DNA of 62,929 nucleotides, counting the filler, from Sphacelaria rigidula (lineage: Eukaryota), in assembly GCA_964200075.2 (NCBI GenBank). It is 5 parts of 5 records of this genome, joined end to end, with 100 filler letters (N's around TTAATTAATTAA, not from the genome) between each part and the next. Parts side by side here need not be neighbours in the genome. Positions count along the whole stretch, not along the records: positions 25,215 to 37,720 come from CAXNAA020003687.1; positions 37,821 to 50,325 come from CAXNAA020003688.1; 3 more parts are not named here. One strand, given 5' to 3'. The translations under genes and the position numbers were made by a program. Shown here piece after piece: positions 33,440 through 46,938 of the stretch (the stretch's first letter is position 1; every line of letters starts with the position of its first letter). The notes under the pieces were generated by a model. That model worked only from the letters and a program-made list of their open reading frames with translations, was not told the origin of the DNA and searched no databases.

Positions 33440-36400
33440 TGTCATGGTACGATACTTACCACCTGGGTAGGAAGATGCCAGTTCAGTGGGAACCGGGGCT
33501 AGCAGGCCCAAACACAATCTTTAGTATCGCAACCATTGAGTTCGATATTATCGAGTGCAAAGTCAGCCACCGCACCAGTGGTCAGGTGGCATGCCATAAG
33601 CCGCGCAGGCTTGCAGCACAATATGTGTTGCATGAAGGTCAGGCTTACATTTTGTGAAGACCAGAGAATCCTCTGAGATAGCAGTCCCTGATAGCGTAGG
33701 TGCTCTTGTATTATTGGCGTACAGGCTAACTTGTGCTTTGCTAGTTGAGATGCATAGTCCAGAACGCTGTGGCCCAAAGGGGGCCGCCAAGTCAATTCAG
33801 TCAAACAATGTAGTATGACCCATCAGGTACCAAGAATGACAAAGTATGACAAATAGAACCCAGTCGACTGGAACATGACCAATAAATCTGTAACATCCCC
33901 CTAGCCATATTTATATGGCTACACACAAATTTATTGGAGGGCTGGAAGGGCCAGAACAAAAACTACGCCTGTGCATCATACGCCTGAAAGTAAAACGAGA
34001 AAAACCTGCTAAATTACAGTACAGGGGAAAACTCGTTGCAGACCTAATGAATGGGTAAACCCTGATAAGCAGGGGAAAACTCCATCCGTCAGGAAAGGAA
34101 AAAAATCTATAACGCTATTTCCAACGACAGAAACAGCAGACAAGTACGGTCGCTGTCGTTTTCCCGGGATCTCTGTTAGACTGGAGAACGATCGGCTAGT
34201 TAGCGTGATCGCGCGTCGACACCCTGGATCAGTTAGACTGGATTCTAGGGTAGTGCGGGGCTTAAACCTCGCTAAAAACAACCTTTCCGCGAACTGATCA
34301 ATAGTTACAGGAGTGCAGCTTTTGAGGGGTGCTCTTCTGTAACTACCGATACCTATTCTACTGGAAATAGAGCCTACGCGCCTTGGCTCACACATGTGCC
34401 CGTATATCACCAAATGGGAAGCAATCGATAACACAGCGGCACAAGAAAAATACAAGGAACACTCGAAATTCATGCCTGAAGCGTACGGTAGCAGCAATAT
34501 GTAGTTACATGTTCCCTTATTTCACTACCGTATTCCTCTCGCAATGATATCGTGTACCCCATCACACAACAGCCATTCGTACACGTCCATGGCTGCAGTG
34601 TATTCTTTGGCTCCTCCGTTTCAGCTTGGGGCGCTAAACTTCCAAGCGAGATGGCTGTTTCCAGTCTCCATCTTCGTCCCGTACTCGCCGAAAGAAATTC
34701 CCTTAATCATACACGTGGTGCTTCAGCTCGGCACTGATGTAGCCTTTCCAGGAGGTAACACCTGTTGCAAAAGCTTCAAGGCATCACTACGTGGGGAAGC
34801 GGGGTGCTTCGAGTGCGATGGCGAGGTCGAAGAAACTGTGGGGTGATACAGGTGCAAAACGCTCATGACGCAGTATGGAGCAATGGGTTGTGAGAAAATA
34901 TATGAGGAACTATGATCAAAGGAAAGGTGTGGACGATTATGACGAAAGAAATGTGCCGAAAGTGCGACGGTGCTAGACAGGGAAATATCGAAATATTTTG
35001 ATATTTTTGAAGGAGTCACACCAGGATGTACGTTATCACCCTCTCTAACCGAGGTATTCTTCGATGACCTGCTACAAGCGTGAGACATGGCAAAGCAAGG
35101 GGTGAAAATGATGAAACAACTGGAAACAGTGCAGCTGGCCGCAGCTAAGAGAATACTTTGATGCGGAAACGGTGCAAATGGCAGCAAAGAAAAGAATACT
35201 TGGATGCAATAAAAATAGTGAAGATGAAAACAGTACAGAGGGCAACAGCTCAGAAACTACTTGGATGAAGTGAAGGTGGTGAAGGAGTTGGGGAACAGTG
35301 CAGCTTACAGCAGCTAAGGGAATTACTTGGATGCTCGAAACAAATAGGTACGCCCCCCCCCCTTTTGAAGTCTTTCCCTTTTCCCCACCCGTCAGTGCCT
35401 GAAACAACGTAGAGTTTTCGACAATCCAACATGGTGACAGATATAGGCAATGCAGTCCAACACGACACAAATTCAGGGGTCAGGTGGACGCAAACACTTC
35501 GGGTATGAGGTGTTTCGGATAGGGTGGGCGGATATGGAAGGAACTTCTTGCTATTGAGACAGAGGTGGTACGTGTTTAATGTTTACGGCCAGTCCAGAGC
35601 TCGAAGGGGAATGTGTCAGACGATAGCATGGCGTCAGGTCGTCGGGTAGGGTACGATTGCGCAAGAGTGTGCGTGAAACGTACTATCTCTGGGGCCAAGA
35701 TTTGTACAATTATGTAACCTCTTCAGCAGCCGTCCCCCTAGGTTCTCGAATCCTGTGAAACTGTAGACATAATCATGGCGAAAATAAAATAGGCAAGGCA
35801 TGCTGAGTAAAAATATAATAATGAGGTACGTTGTACTAAATATACCGAGACAAGGCACAGAAATGACAAGAAACATGCCCTCACACGCATGAGTTGTACA
35901 TTGATGCTCATTGTGCGAGAGTCTAGTTCGTATGCCATATCCTAGCTGAGCCACCATGAGACGACCGGATTGTGGTGGTGAAGTCTTGCTGCAATTATAT
36001 GGCACAAGAGTTTGACAGCAAAAGGAGAGCGCGCGTTTACCTACATCGTGCAGCAATACTGTTGGCTTTCCTACTTATTTAGAATATCGGGCAGCAGGGC
36101 GACTAGAATGCTACGCTCCTGGACAAACTGTCCAAGGTACCCGGTGGTTGTAGAAACGAACGTAGTTTTCGATTGTATGGACGTGGCGTCTGAGTAATTG
36201 CGTTGCATTTGGAGGGGGCTGGTTGTATGCCGGTATTATCGATCAACAGGCTAAGGAACCTGTGAGACCCTGCAGTAAAGATATATTTGGCGAACTTGGC
36301 GAATTTTACTGAACACAAAATCGTGTAGTCGACAAACTTTGCCGGGGAACGTTAGGTGAGCAACATCCTCGGTCAAGAAGCTTGTGCATTTCTTTTCTGA

Positions 36401-37720
36401 TCATACAGCGTTCTCATGATAGGAAACCGCGTTGTTTTGTGGCAAAGGGTGTGCACGCGATACAACAACCAGCAAACAATATGGAACTCGTGCTTCGCCC
36501 CCCCCAAGGGGGTCCAGCGACCATGTCAGCGACATAAGTGTCTAAAAACTATAGGTAGGGCCTGTAAGTACCGTAAATATATACATATATATATATATAG
36601 TTGCGCAGTTGACTTGCATGGTAGGCTGGGCATGAAGGGCAAAAAGGCAAAATAGGGAAACTACATACGTCTGCGTACTGAATAAGTAATGACAAGGCAA
36701 TCCAGGGGAAGATGAGTGGTAGCATGATATCGAAAACCAAGTTTGAAGCAACTGAACAATGTATTATTCACCTACGATACCGCGAAGGAACAAGGTAGTA
36801 TCCAACTACGGTACAGTATGCGTCAAGGAGTCAACCTGGTGAATAGCAAACCATACAATCGATCACCAGTGTGGGATAAAATGGGGATCCTACTTGGTGG
36901 CACCAAGGTAATGACCCTGCTACCAGAATGCAATAAAAAGGTACCCGGGATTAGCTGAACCAAACCAAATTGCGGACACTCCATAAAAAGGTACCCGGTA
37001 CCAGCTAAACCAAACTAAACTGCAGACACTCCACGCGGGAACATACCGTCATTGGCAAACTGTTCAGTGTTCCCTGCGTGTCCTCCCCAACGCAATGGCG
37101 TTTAGCGCCGGTTCCCTCAGCGGGATGCGAACACCCAGGACAAGAGTGTGGGTGAAACAAGGGCGGAAGTAATAGAGGGGGTGGTTAGTATACGTTGGAA
37201 GTCTTGGGGTACATGAAAATATGATTCAGTTTCATACCACGTGACGCAGATCGAAATGTCGTGTGCCGGGCGGTAAATTCGGCGTTTCGGCCTTGCAAAC
37301 CAGATAGATGAAACGATTACCAGCGGAATCCTGCTAAAGCATGATGAGTACAGACAGCGCAAAATTATCCAGCACTCAAAATACAATCGAGGGGCTCAAA
37401 AGACAGTTGTGGTAGACGCGACAACCGGAGATGCAAACACTATGAGTATGTAAGATGAAAGAAAAGCAAACAAGATCGACATAAAATGGAAACTGTACTG
37501 CATGTGCATTCCACAAATCCGCATAGCCACTATAAAAATGCAACCCCGGAAACAAAGTGCATACTGATCATGGTGGGTTGTTTTGCAATAAAGCTACCGG
37601 GATAATATAGAGAATATCTAGAACACGATCATTGCTGGTTGGGTACAGCGATGATATTATGGCTGACCAGGTGTAGATCAGGCGAAGGTGATACAATGCA
37701 TGCGACAATGACAAAACAAA
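33440..37720. repeat. 4.2-kb segmental duplication, copy B (runs to contig end)
   Basis: Direct copy of 26947-31115 with scattered substitutions and indels. Confidence 0.95.
34850..35335 (+). pseudogene. LINE reverse transcriptase fragment, copy B
   Basis: LDREISKYFDIFEGVTPGCTLSPSL, KQLETVQLAAAKRIL. Confidence 0.85.
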
Positions 37721-37820
37721 NNNNNNNNNNNNNNNNNNNNNNNNNNNNNNNNNNNNNNNNNNNNTTAATTAATTAANNNNNNNNNNNNNNNNNNNNNNNN
37801 NNNNNNNNNNNNNNNNNNNN
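37721..37820. other. Artificial contig spacer
   Basis: N44-TTAATTAATTAA-N44. Confidence 0.98.
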
Positions 37821-38039
37821 GTCAAACGACTAAGGCAAGCAACAAATGAGTACGCCCCCCCCCCCCGGTATCGATCGAAGGCACTTGCGGACGGTACTTC
37901 CCTCGGGTTTTTGTCGCATACTGACCAGCCTCCTCAAACCTCATTTCATTGATCAATCTCATTTTACAGAATCCCTTGTTAATTGAGCAAGTGCTTAGCT
38001 TTAACCTCGGCGGCGCAAGCCTCGGTCGGCTCCAACCAA

Positions 38040-38789
38040 ACGAAATTGTACAAATCATCTATGATAACCAAACGTACCGAAAACCATCCTCAACAGGCAA
38101 ACCATTAGCACCTTCAGGTCCGCTACTTCCGACGTACAGAAAATCAAAGCGAACAACTTCACCTGGCGCAGTACCATGCACAGTATCGCCATACGGACGA
38201 GGTACAATCTCACCAGCGCGAGGATCTACACAATGCAAAGACTGACGAACGAACTCGCGAACGTGGGAATCCATGTGAGGCCACACACAGTATTCTTTCA
38301 AACGAAACAGAGTCGGCGCCACACCACGGTGACCGGTTGACCACATGTGAGCGCGCACCATCCAGCGAGTTTGTAGAGCCTTATCATCCGACGGAATCCA
38401 CAAAACATCACTACGCCGACACGCACGCGAAACCAACCATCTTCAGCCAAAGAAGCTTGACCGAAAGTCGTAGGAAAAGAATAAACACCGTCGCCGGCTG
38501 TTTCGCGCTGCACGGTACAAATGACATCTAACGAGGGCAGCGAATCATCGGCATCACACGGGCTGTACACGGCAAGAGAACGAACAGGCACGGTAGGAAC
38601 CTTCACCCAGCGAGCTTCACCTGGCGTGAACAAAACGTTAGGCGTGACGATCGTGAGGATCTCCTGAGCCTCCGGCGCCAGCAGTATCTGCCAATACACC
38701 TGTAGCAGGTCCACCTTGCCGAAGCATTGGGCTCCCAGCAAGTCCCGCATGTCTTCTTGGCTTAGCATCACCCCCGGAGACTGTTCCAC
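38040..38789 (-). pseudogene. Gypsy RT N-terminal and integrase fragments
   Basis: CFGKVDLLQVYWQILLAPEAQEILTIVTP. Integrase zinc-finger remnant RAHMWSTGHRG...WPHM...VREFVRQSLHC, core start EVVRFDFLYVG. Confidence 0.85.
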
Positions 38790-39116
38790 TTACGTGTTCA
38801 ACGCCTGATAGTCGCTGACCAAATGAAATGTGTCCCTCTTCAGCACCGCCATTACCGGACTCGCTCACACAGCCTGGATGTTCCTAATCAATAAACCAAA
38901 TTCCACCAAAGCTGCGATGTATGAGGCAAGTCACCCGGTCTTCACCGGATCATAGCGTCTGGGCTTGGCCTTCCCTGCATTTGCCTATGGCTTGAGGTTT
39001 ACCCTCATGGGCTCTACGCGCGCTGACGGATCACCACGCAGCGCACGTCAAAAAGTATACCCGCGACGAGGCAAAGTACCACGCAGACAATGTGCGCCAT
39101 CGGCGCTTAGGCCCTT

Positions 39117-40135
39117 CTACTCGGCCTGCTGCACGCTATCCTCAAGCGCGCGTTCTCTTGCACCTCTCTCCTCTGCTGGGTCCATAAACATGTCGGGCCC
39201 CCGGTCGACCAAGCGCTCCACTGCTTCATCCGCAGGAGCCTCCTCCTCATTGGCTCTCTGGAATGACCGTATGGATACGGTCACACGCCTTGCAGCAAGG
39301 TAGCTGGGATTTTCCACGCCGGTTTGCACCGGCACAGCACGCTGGCGTAATTTATCCAACGGCAGCGGGTACAAATCAATTCCGAGCTCCTTCATCGTCG
39401 CCATCCCAAATAGAACCACGTTGTCCCTACTGGGCATGGCAGCGAAAGTAATGGGCTGACACCCCACAACCCCCCAGGGCGTACGCACGCCAGCAGTAAT
39501 CGGCACCGTTTTATGTGTAACCGTCACGGGAGCATCCGTGGCGGCCTGCGCCGTTTGCGATCCGTTTTCTAACGGAATCTGAAGCTGAGCGCCGCCAAAC
39601 TGCGAAAACATTTGCTTTAGCAACCCCACACCGATCGACGTGAGCGCGGACCCAGAATCCAGAATAACGCGAGCCATGAACGAACCTACAGAACCAGGCA
39701 AGGAAAGGTCTGCGCGTAAGCATTCAGCCTTGCGATCGACAGGTACTACGCTTGCCGAAGAACCCTGGTCGGTACCAAGAGTCACCTGACGCCAGGGTTG
39801 CCCTCCAGCACTTGACATCAATAACTGAGAATCGTCGGTCCAACCAGACCAAGTCGTCGAATATGCAGACGGCGCTGTTACAGCCGTCACAGCAGCAGGA
39901 GATGCATTAGACACGGACCCTGCCTGGCCGAGGGGTTGCGAACTGTTCGTTCCAGCACTCCCCACCGAAGTATTTACATTTCCCACGTACACTGTCTGCT
40001 CTGCTACGGACGAATCATCAGATCCAGATGTTGGTAAACTCGTGACTCCTGGAGAAAAATATGTTGTATTATTGAGAGCTTGGTCCGGAGAGACAGGTCG
40101 GGAAAGTGGAGTGAGCACGGTAGGTGAGCTCATGT
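39117..40135 (-). pseudogene. Gypsy aspartic protease region
   Basis: ARVILDSGSALTSI (catalytic DSG at ~39660) and NVVLFGMATMKELGID. Confidence 0.85.
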
Positions 40136-40455
40136 CATCTACAAACAAGAAACTCCGGAAAACAAAGAACCAAAGACAAGTTCCGGAAACGTTCCGGAAC
40201 CTCAGCAACGTTCTACATGGTTCCAGCATCGGAACTCGGACCAACGTATTTCCTTACGTACCACAAAACTTCGGGTTGTTCCCCACACCACAAATACCAT
40301 GCTTGGACTAATGCAGTATCCATAGAGAGTACTTCTACATAAGCTATAGAAAGGACTGCAAACGTTCCTCCCAATTCTCAATGATGTGGCAGCTCAGCAA
40401 CTCATGGATCGACAGTTCCGTTATTTAAACCGTCCAATCAGATGTTCTACGCAAA

Positions 40456-41480
40456 TCAGTCGATACTATAGCCACTATCACGAACACTAGAGTCACCACC
40501 TGATGACGTAGTGGAAGACACAGCAACGGAGGAAACACCATCCGCCGCCGATTGCTTGCTACCGCGGCCGCCGCACCCGCGTCTCTGATTGGCGCGGCCC
40601 CGTCCACCGTGACGGCGGCCTCGAGATCCTGAAGAATCTCGCGCATTTTCTTGAGCAGCGCCCTGAGCGCGAGTCTTGGGGCAATCCTTCATCAGATGTC
40701 CGGTGTCGCCGTAGTTGTAACACGCGCGAGTGGACGACGCTCGCAAAGACGGCTGCTGTTTCTGTTGCTGTTGCTGTTTGTGGCGCGCACCACCTGCACT
40801 TGTTGCAGAATCGCGTCGGCTATGTGCTTCGATGAACTTCCACTGGTCGGCGGCATCAAACATTTTGTTGAACACCACCGTCGGATTATTTTCCCACCCG
40901 TCTACATATGTTAGTACACTTCTAACACACGTCTTGAATTCCGGAGGCAAAATCCCGTCCACCAAAGCTGTGAAAACCGACTCGGTGGGGTCTGGCAACC
41001 AACTCCTGCCCTCCGCACGGTACATGGCTTGCACCGTGAGGTTTTCTGCAAAAAATGTTTTCATCGATAAACTGACCATCATCGCACGATCCTTCACGGA
41101 TTTTCCACCGCTTTGTGGCATCGTAAGGACTCCACGTAGTAGGTCTGCTGCAGCCCGCGCAGTGTCATGCTTGCCGCCGGTTGTCGTGTACCCGGCATGC
41201 TGCTTTACAGTATCTAGCAATTCGTCGGCGGTCATAGTCCGACTGTCCTTGTACATATCTTTGAAGCACCAGTGAATATAGGTGGGGATGAGTTGATCGA
41301 TGCTCACTCTCTCATGCCGTTTGACTCCTGTGGCATTGGCTAAATATAGCCTCTCCATGTTGTCAAGATATTTGGCATAAAAAATTCCGGACGCTTCTTC
41401 AGCCCGCCCACACTTCCAGATACTTGGGGCGGCTCTAGTGGCTCACCTAACACCAGCGGCGCTGCCGCCGCTTGAGCCAT
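40456..41480 (-). pseudogene. Gypsy gag with degenerate CCHC zinc knuckle
   Basis: 300-aa ORF with CYNYGDTGHLMKDC (second Cys replaced by Tyr). Probable original ATG at 41480, with a frameshift. Confidence 0.8.
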
Positions 41481-41651
41481 GTCGACTATAATTCAACACT
41501 TCACTGAGAGGCTCTTGCCTGACTTGTGCGTCCTTCAGCCCGGGGAGCGTCCCCCACTGCTGTGCGCTTCAAGTTGGTCTCTCTGTCTGCGGGCTAAACT
41601 GGCTTCCAGCTGTAGCCCACTTTTCTCCTTAGCCAAACTCCTGTACCAGAC

Positions 41652-41907
41652 TGCCGGAATGATATCTAGATATTATAGCCTCTTCCAGACGATCTGAACA
41701 AGGGGACTATCAACGAGGGACTCCTCCAGTAGCACTGCCCTCGTGCTCGACAAGTCCTTTCTTCTCACTTATTATCTCGGAGTGATCCTCAACAGATCAC
41801 TTCAACAGCCAGACCGCAAGGGGCCACACAGATAAGGGTTATCAACCGAGGATCCCCTGTCCCCTGCCACTGCTCCAGTCATGCATGCGATGATACTGAA
41901 CCCTACA
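41652..41907 (-). mobile_element. Putative 5' LTR (256 bp) with PBS at 41648-41638
   Basis: Minus strand TGTAGGG...CCGGCA, then 3 nt, then TGGTACAGGAG. Upstream of gag. Confidence 0.55.
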
Positions 41908-41989
41908 GGTTGGTATCATTTAGCTACAGGGCGCAGCGTTGTCACACAAAAAGTGCCCGGCTGCGCCCATTTTGACGTATTTTCGGCCG

Positions 41990-42675
41990 AAATTTCACGA
42001 CGATCTCCCGCACGCAAGTGCCCACAACGTGTAAAAAGGTGCCGCGGCAGAGTATCTCTTAATTTTCACGGAGATGTAGCATTTTCCCTGTTTTTGCTGA
42101 AACTTTGAATAGCTCTAAGGCCGCTTCTTACAGACTGAAAAAAATCTCTCCGAGAACTGCCCTTTTGAACCTTTCATCACGGAATATTGGCAGAATACGG
42201 GCCTTGGCGGATTTGACTCCTCGGAAAGAATTGCTATATTTTTCACGAGGATTCCAGCGCACTTGCCGGATATTTCGTGCTCCCACTTTTACTCTTGGCC
42301 GGAATCTGGATTTTTTCAGTCACCTGAAAAAACTTCGAGTTGTCGGGAAAAATACGTACTTTTTCCCGACACCTCGACGATTTTCGCGGCGACTGAAAAA
42401 AAACAGAATCCGGTCAAGAGTGAAAATGGGAGCACGAAAGATCCGACAAGCGCGCTGGAATCCTCGTGAAAAACATGGCACTTCTTTCCGAGGAGGCCAA
42501 ATCCGCCAAGGCCCGTATTCCGCCTATAGTCCGTGATTAAAGGTTCAAAAGGGTAGTTCTCACAGAGACTTTTTTTCAGTCAACAAGAAGCGGCCTAACT
42601 TTCTGCTGTATTTTCTTCTTGGCACCTTTCTACAAGTTGCAGATGTTCGTGATAAAAATGTCGTGCCAAATTTTC
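41990..42675. mobile_element. Long imperfect palindrome / foldback element
   Basis: ~240-bp arms 42118-42352 and 42359-42596, centred on TACGTA (42353-58). Weaker outer arms 41990-42047 and 42620-42675. Confidence 0.9.
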
Positions 42676-43267
42676 AGCGTCTAGCTCTTCGGATTAACAA
42701 CAGCCCGGCCCGAAAACAGTCAGAAACCCCTGTCAGCTGGCCCAGCTTGTGAAAAAAACGTCGGTTACTACAGGCCGCTTTCTCTCCCAACTTTCACACT
42801 CAAGCATTCGGCTAGCCTCGAAAATCCTTTAGTGGACTTTCCAAACGTCTCCCTACATGTCGTCCATTTTAAAACTCCTCACTATATGTATCACTTGAAA
42901 TAGGTATGTATATCATTTACCATATATCAAATACCGTTTCAGTAATGTTGTGATGAAAAAATTATGTATGTAGTGTACAGTGTATGATATAAGTATCGTT
43001 TTGTATCATACACCCCTGCGAAAACATTACTAAGTTATATGGAATATCATATCGTTTCGGGGGGTATATATAGGGTATAGGGTTGTACCTATACCAGGCT
43101 CTAGTACCCATACCGGGAAAACGGAAGACAAGATCAGCTACCTATGGTCGGAAAAATGTCGTCGAACAGCCCGGACACTTTCGGGGGCTAACACCCCCCC
43201 CCCTCCTGATTCGCATGGCTAATCGTCTATGTCATTGTCTCATGATGTAAGACCGTGTCATGTATAT

Positions 43268-43715
43268 GGTTGTTTTTCTTGGGGGCATATTTTCCACTCT
43301 GGAGACATTCAACTCGGATTATGACCCCCAAACAGGGAATATCGTCATCACGACGTACATCTTGGACACCATGCATCACCCCACCGACGGGAGTCTAGCC
43401 CACTTCCTCGAATCGCTTGGCTTCGAGATGTCGAGAATATCCTGTGAGCGAAACACAGCTGAACAAGAAATGCAATGTCTGCAGGTTGAAACAAAAACCT
43501 GCAGTCACCGCATTGTTGTGTCCCGCTGTGTTGTTGTTCAGAGGACATTCTCGACACCTCGGAGCCAAGCGAAGCGGAGAAGTGGACTAGACTCCTCTCG
43601 GGGTGATGCAATGTATCCAAGAAAAAAATGTGACGGTAATATCTCCTGTTTGGGGCAAAAAAACGTGTTGAATGTCCTCAGAGTGGGGGAAATACCCCAA
43701 CGAAAAGTAGCAACC
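43268..43715. mobile_element. Second long imperfect palindrome / foldback element
   Basis: Centre CTGCAGGTT-gaaacaaa-AACCTGCAG. Arms pair outward (GAGTCTAG.CCACTT / AAGTGG.CTAGACTC; CCCCAAACAGG / CCTGTTTGGGG). Confidence 0.85.
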
Positions 43716-45027
43716 GTAAGAAATAATTTTAAACGCTCTGAAGCTCGACGAATCCCACTTACGGGACTCGCCAGAATTTCCCCCCGAAAAGCATAAAAGC
43801 ATACAGTATGGTGAAACTGCACAAAATATTTCTCGATTAAAAACGACATTTTTAGGTTTTCCGGTCAGCACGACTCATGGCGGTTTTTGTTTGATCCCAA
43901 ACTTGGGGAGTCATTAGACATGAGTACCGGACACAAGTTTCGAGAAGAAAATTAAGCTACGATCGATTTTTGAGGAGATACGGACGGGCTCACCGGTCTT
44001 CGGGGGTCCTACGAATGTGCAGCCCCCGGTTCGGGCTCTTAGATATTTCCGCTCGACCGAACTCATCCGGATCGTTATAATGAACAGTTGTATGCCTTCA
44101 GTTTCTCCATATCCTCGATATTCACTGCTCTGAAGCCAACAATTCGTGTTTAGGGCTATATGCGGTCTATAACACTCCCTGGACAAACGGGTATTACGTC
44201 ATATCGTTCCAATGACCCGAAATTGAGAAATGTGTATCGAGCACGACTTGCTTCTTTTCCCAACGCCTACCGACCCTTCAACTCTCAAGTGAAGGTGACA
44301 AATGGTCTGTGGAAAAATCCCGATTAAGTTAAGACCATATTTGAAGTTTAGCTACTGTACCTGGGGAGTTTTCGTCAGTAATTTGAAATGCCCTGTACCA
44401 TGTGGGTACAAGAAAGTTGGCGTTCTTGGTTCAACCCATTTGCTTGTCAAAGCAACTGGTCTGAGCGTGCACGGCGCTACTCTCGTTACGAGTGTCTTCA
44501 TTCATTCAGGGTTGCAGTTGTGAAATTCAGGTTCAGAGTAGTCGGCGGCACAAACGGGAGCTCGCACCATTCATGCCGGACGTCACCAAAGACGGACCAC
44601 CGTATATCAAGAAGACACACGACGCACTACAGTGTGGACCCGAAAAAAATTAGAGAGAGCATCCGCAGATCTTGCAAAAGATTACTTCGGGGAGATTCGT
44701 GCCTCCACGATTAAGCTGATGAAATATAGAGTTTGTGGATCGCTAGTGTGTACAAAATAAAGCTCTCACCAACTATACCAGGAGCCCAGCAGCTGCAAGT
44801 CGTGGATTTCAACTGACCAGATGGCCGCCGTAATACACTTGGCAATAGCGATTTTAGAATACTTGACACCCTGAATCAGCCCCGAAAAATATTACTCGAG
44901 CATACATGTTGTGAGGATTTCAACGTTTTACAGTTACAGATGAGCAGACTTGATCTACACCGCCGCGTAATTTAGCCATGCCGTGCGCTACGCAACACTC
45001 AACGTTCTCACCCGCCCCCAACACTGG

Positions 45028-46336
45028 TCAATCAGTAGGCAGCGTGAGCTCCTCCAATTTTGATAGGGCATCGGACAATTTCGCGGGTGCGCGTGCCGGA
45101 AACTGATTGTGTGCAAGCCTCAGCGTGCGAAGCTCCGACAAACCCAGCACCACAGCTGGGAACTCAGAAAGTGCGTTGCTCTCTAGATCCAAAACTCGGA
45201 GATTTGCAAGGTGGGCAAGGGGCGAATCGGCTAGGGGTGAAGCCAGACGATTTCGAGACAAGCGAAGCACCCGAAGTGAGCCCGACAGACGCGAAAGTGT
45301 CGGCGGGAGGGTTGTCAGCGCATTTTTCGAAGCATCGAGCGATCGAAGGGCTGTTAGCGCGTTGCCAAGCATCGCCGGAAGGGCCACAAGTCCGTTCCCG
45401 GCCAGAGACAGGCTGACGAGGCGCGTGAGGAGGAACAGACTGCGGGGAACCTGCGGGGGTGGATTAGCGGCGTTCGTCTGCTGGCTGCTGCTGTCGCCAC
45501 CACCGCCCAACAAGCTCTGAAGATACAAAGACTTGGTGTCTCTTCGAGTGAACGGGTTGCTAACAGCCCCCAGCACTCGGCCGACTGTCTGGCCTACGTC
45601 CACATGGTTGTTCCTGTGGCATGACGAAGCCAAGTTGGCATCGCATCGCAGTCTCAGCAAGGTCCCAGTTGATGCAGCCGCCTGCGCGGTCGTCCGTGCC
45701 CGCTCTCGCGACTTACGGCCAAATGCAGCTTCAAGCGCCAGTCGCAACTCCCACAATGCCGAACACAGCGGCCGCTCGCCGAGCGCGGCCTCAAGTACTC
45801 TCTGTGCCCGATCAGGCCGCCCGGTCGCTGCCTCCAGAGCCGCCGCGGTGCCCGCTAAGCCCGGGTCTCCCGTGCCGTGCTTAGCTATCGCCTTCTCTGC
45901 GTAAGGGCACGCGCTACTGCGTAGAGCAGTAGCGACAGCTGTTGGCCACTCTGTCGACTCCATGTCTGATGGACTCTGCCCGCCCTCGCTAGCTGTGTCC
46001 GCCCAATTTACCCACCGGAGTAACGCCAGCAAGCCGGCTGGCGGCGGTGTCGCTCCTCCATTTCCGTTTCTGCCGTCTCCGTTGCTCCTGCGATTGTTGT
46101 TGTTACTGTTGTTATCAAAGGATTCGGCATCGTCGAGTGCCTCGGAGACCACGACCCAGTCCACGCCGCCACTTTTCACCTTCCAAAACTGGTTTGCGTA
46201 GGTGAGTAGCACGTCGTGGGCGAACCACGATGCCGATGCTGCCGACAAAAATACCTTGTCGGCAGCTCCACCTTTGTCTCCCGGGCGCTGCTCGAGATTT
46301 CGCGCCACATAGTCAGCAAGGGTGTCGAACCCCGGC
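45028..46336 (-). CDS. ZFC3H1/Red1-like HAT-repeat protein with C-terminal LRRs, terminal exon
   Basis: CAG acceptor at 46339-46337, phase 2, open to TGA at 45028. HAT-like RAQRVLEAALGERPLCSALWELRLALE, then ~5 LxxLxLxxNxL repeats (~45430-45100). Confidence 0.85.
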
Positions 46337-46622
46337 CTGGTGACAGCATATCAGTGGACAAACAAACCACAGGTAGCAGCGACAAAAAATAGTGACAAAA
46401 CGCAGCATGAGGGATAAACAAGTCATGGCCGTAGGGTGGATTCCGAGTGCTGGAACGGTGGAGGCTTCTCGATCCATCTATGGACTTGTTCGCCATTACA
46501 TGTAGAAAGTCTGTTGAACTCTGTGAGAACGAGAGGTCCTGACAAAGCTGTGACAACCGTGAGTGGAACAGCACCATGCTACCATGTGTCGACAAAATCC
46601 ACAATGGACGAAAACAACGTAC

Positions 46623-46702
46623 CTGGGTCGAGCTCGACTGTCCGCCAGGGCACGGAGAGCCACCTCCCGCACACCGTGCATCGAATCATCCATGCCCACC
46701 AC
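46623..46702 (-). CDS. Same gene, 80-nt internal exon
   Basis: TTTAG|GTGGTG...CCCAG|GTACGT. Phase 0 in and phase 2 out, which exactly reconciles the flanking exons. Confidence 0.75.
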
Positions 46703-46938
46703 CTAAACGGGAACGTTGGAAAAATGAAACAGCGCAGTGATGGCAAAATTCAAAGACGTGCCGACCACCTGAGGGATGCGGGGCAAGAAGCGGGTTGGCC
46801 GAAAAGCTTTCGGCATATACAATTGGTATGTAATTTACGCAACTGCGTTTGCATGTATTCGAAGCCGATGACCTCTATTGCCAAAAGACACCAACATAAG
46901 TTTACCGTAAGTTCACGGGCACGCAAAGAAGCACCCAC

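Larger units (their letters stand above)
37850..41907 (-). mobile_element. Decayed Ty3/Gypsy LTR retrotransposon (LTR-PBS-gag-PR-RT-IN-PPT) with internal deletions
   Basis: gag, protease (VILDSGS), RT (FGKVDLLQVYWQ..LA) and integrase (AH....GHRG, VVRFDFLYV) in Gypsy order. G-rich PPT at 37867-37850. No matching 3' LTR. Confidence 0.9.

Noticed and set aside
42105-43796. ORFs 42105-42536 and 43260-43796 as genes
   Set aside because: They lie within palindromic foldback elements and have no recognisable domains.
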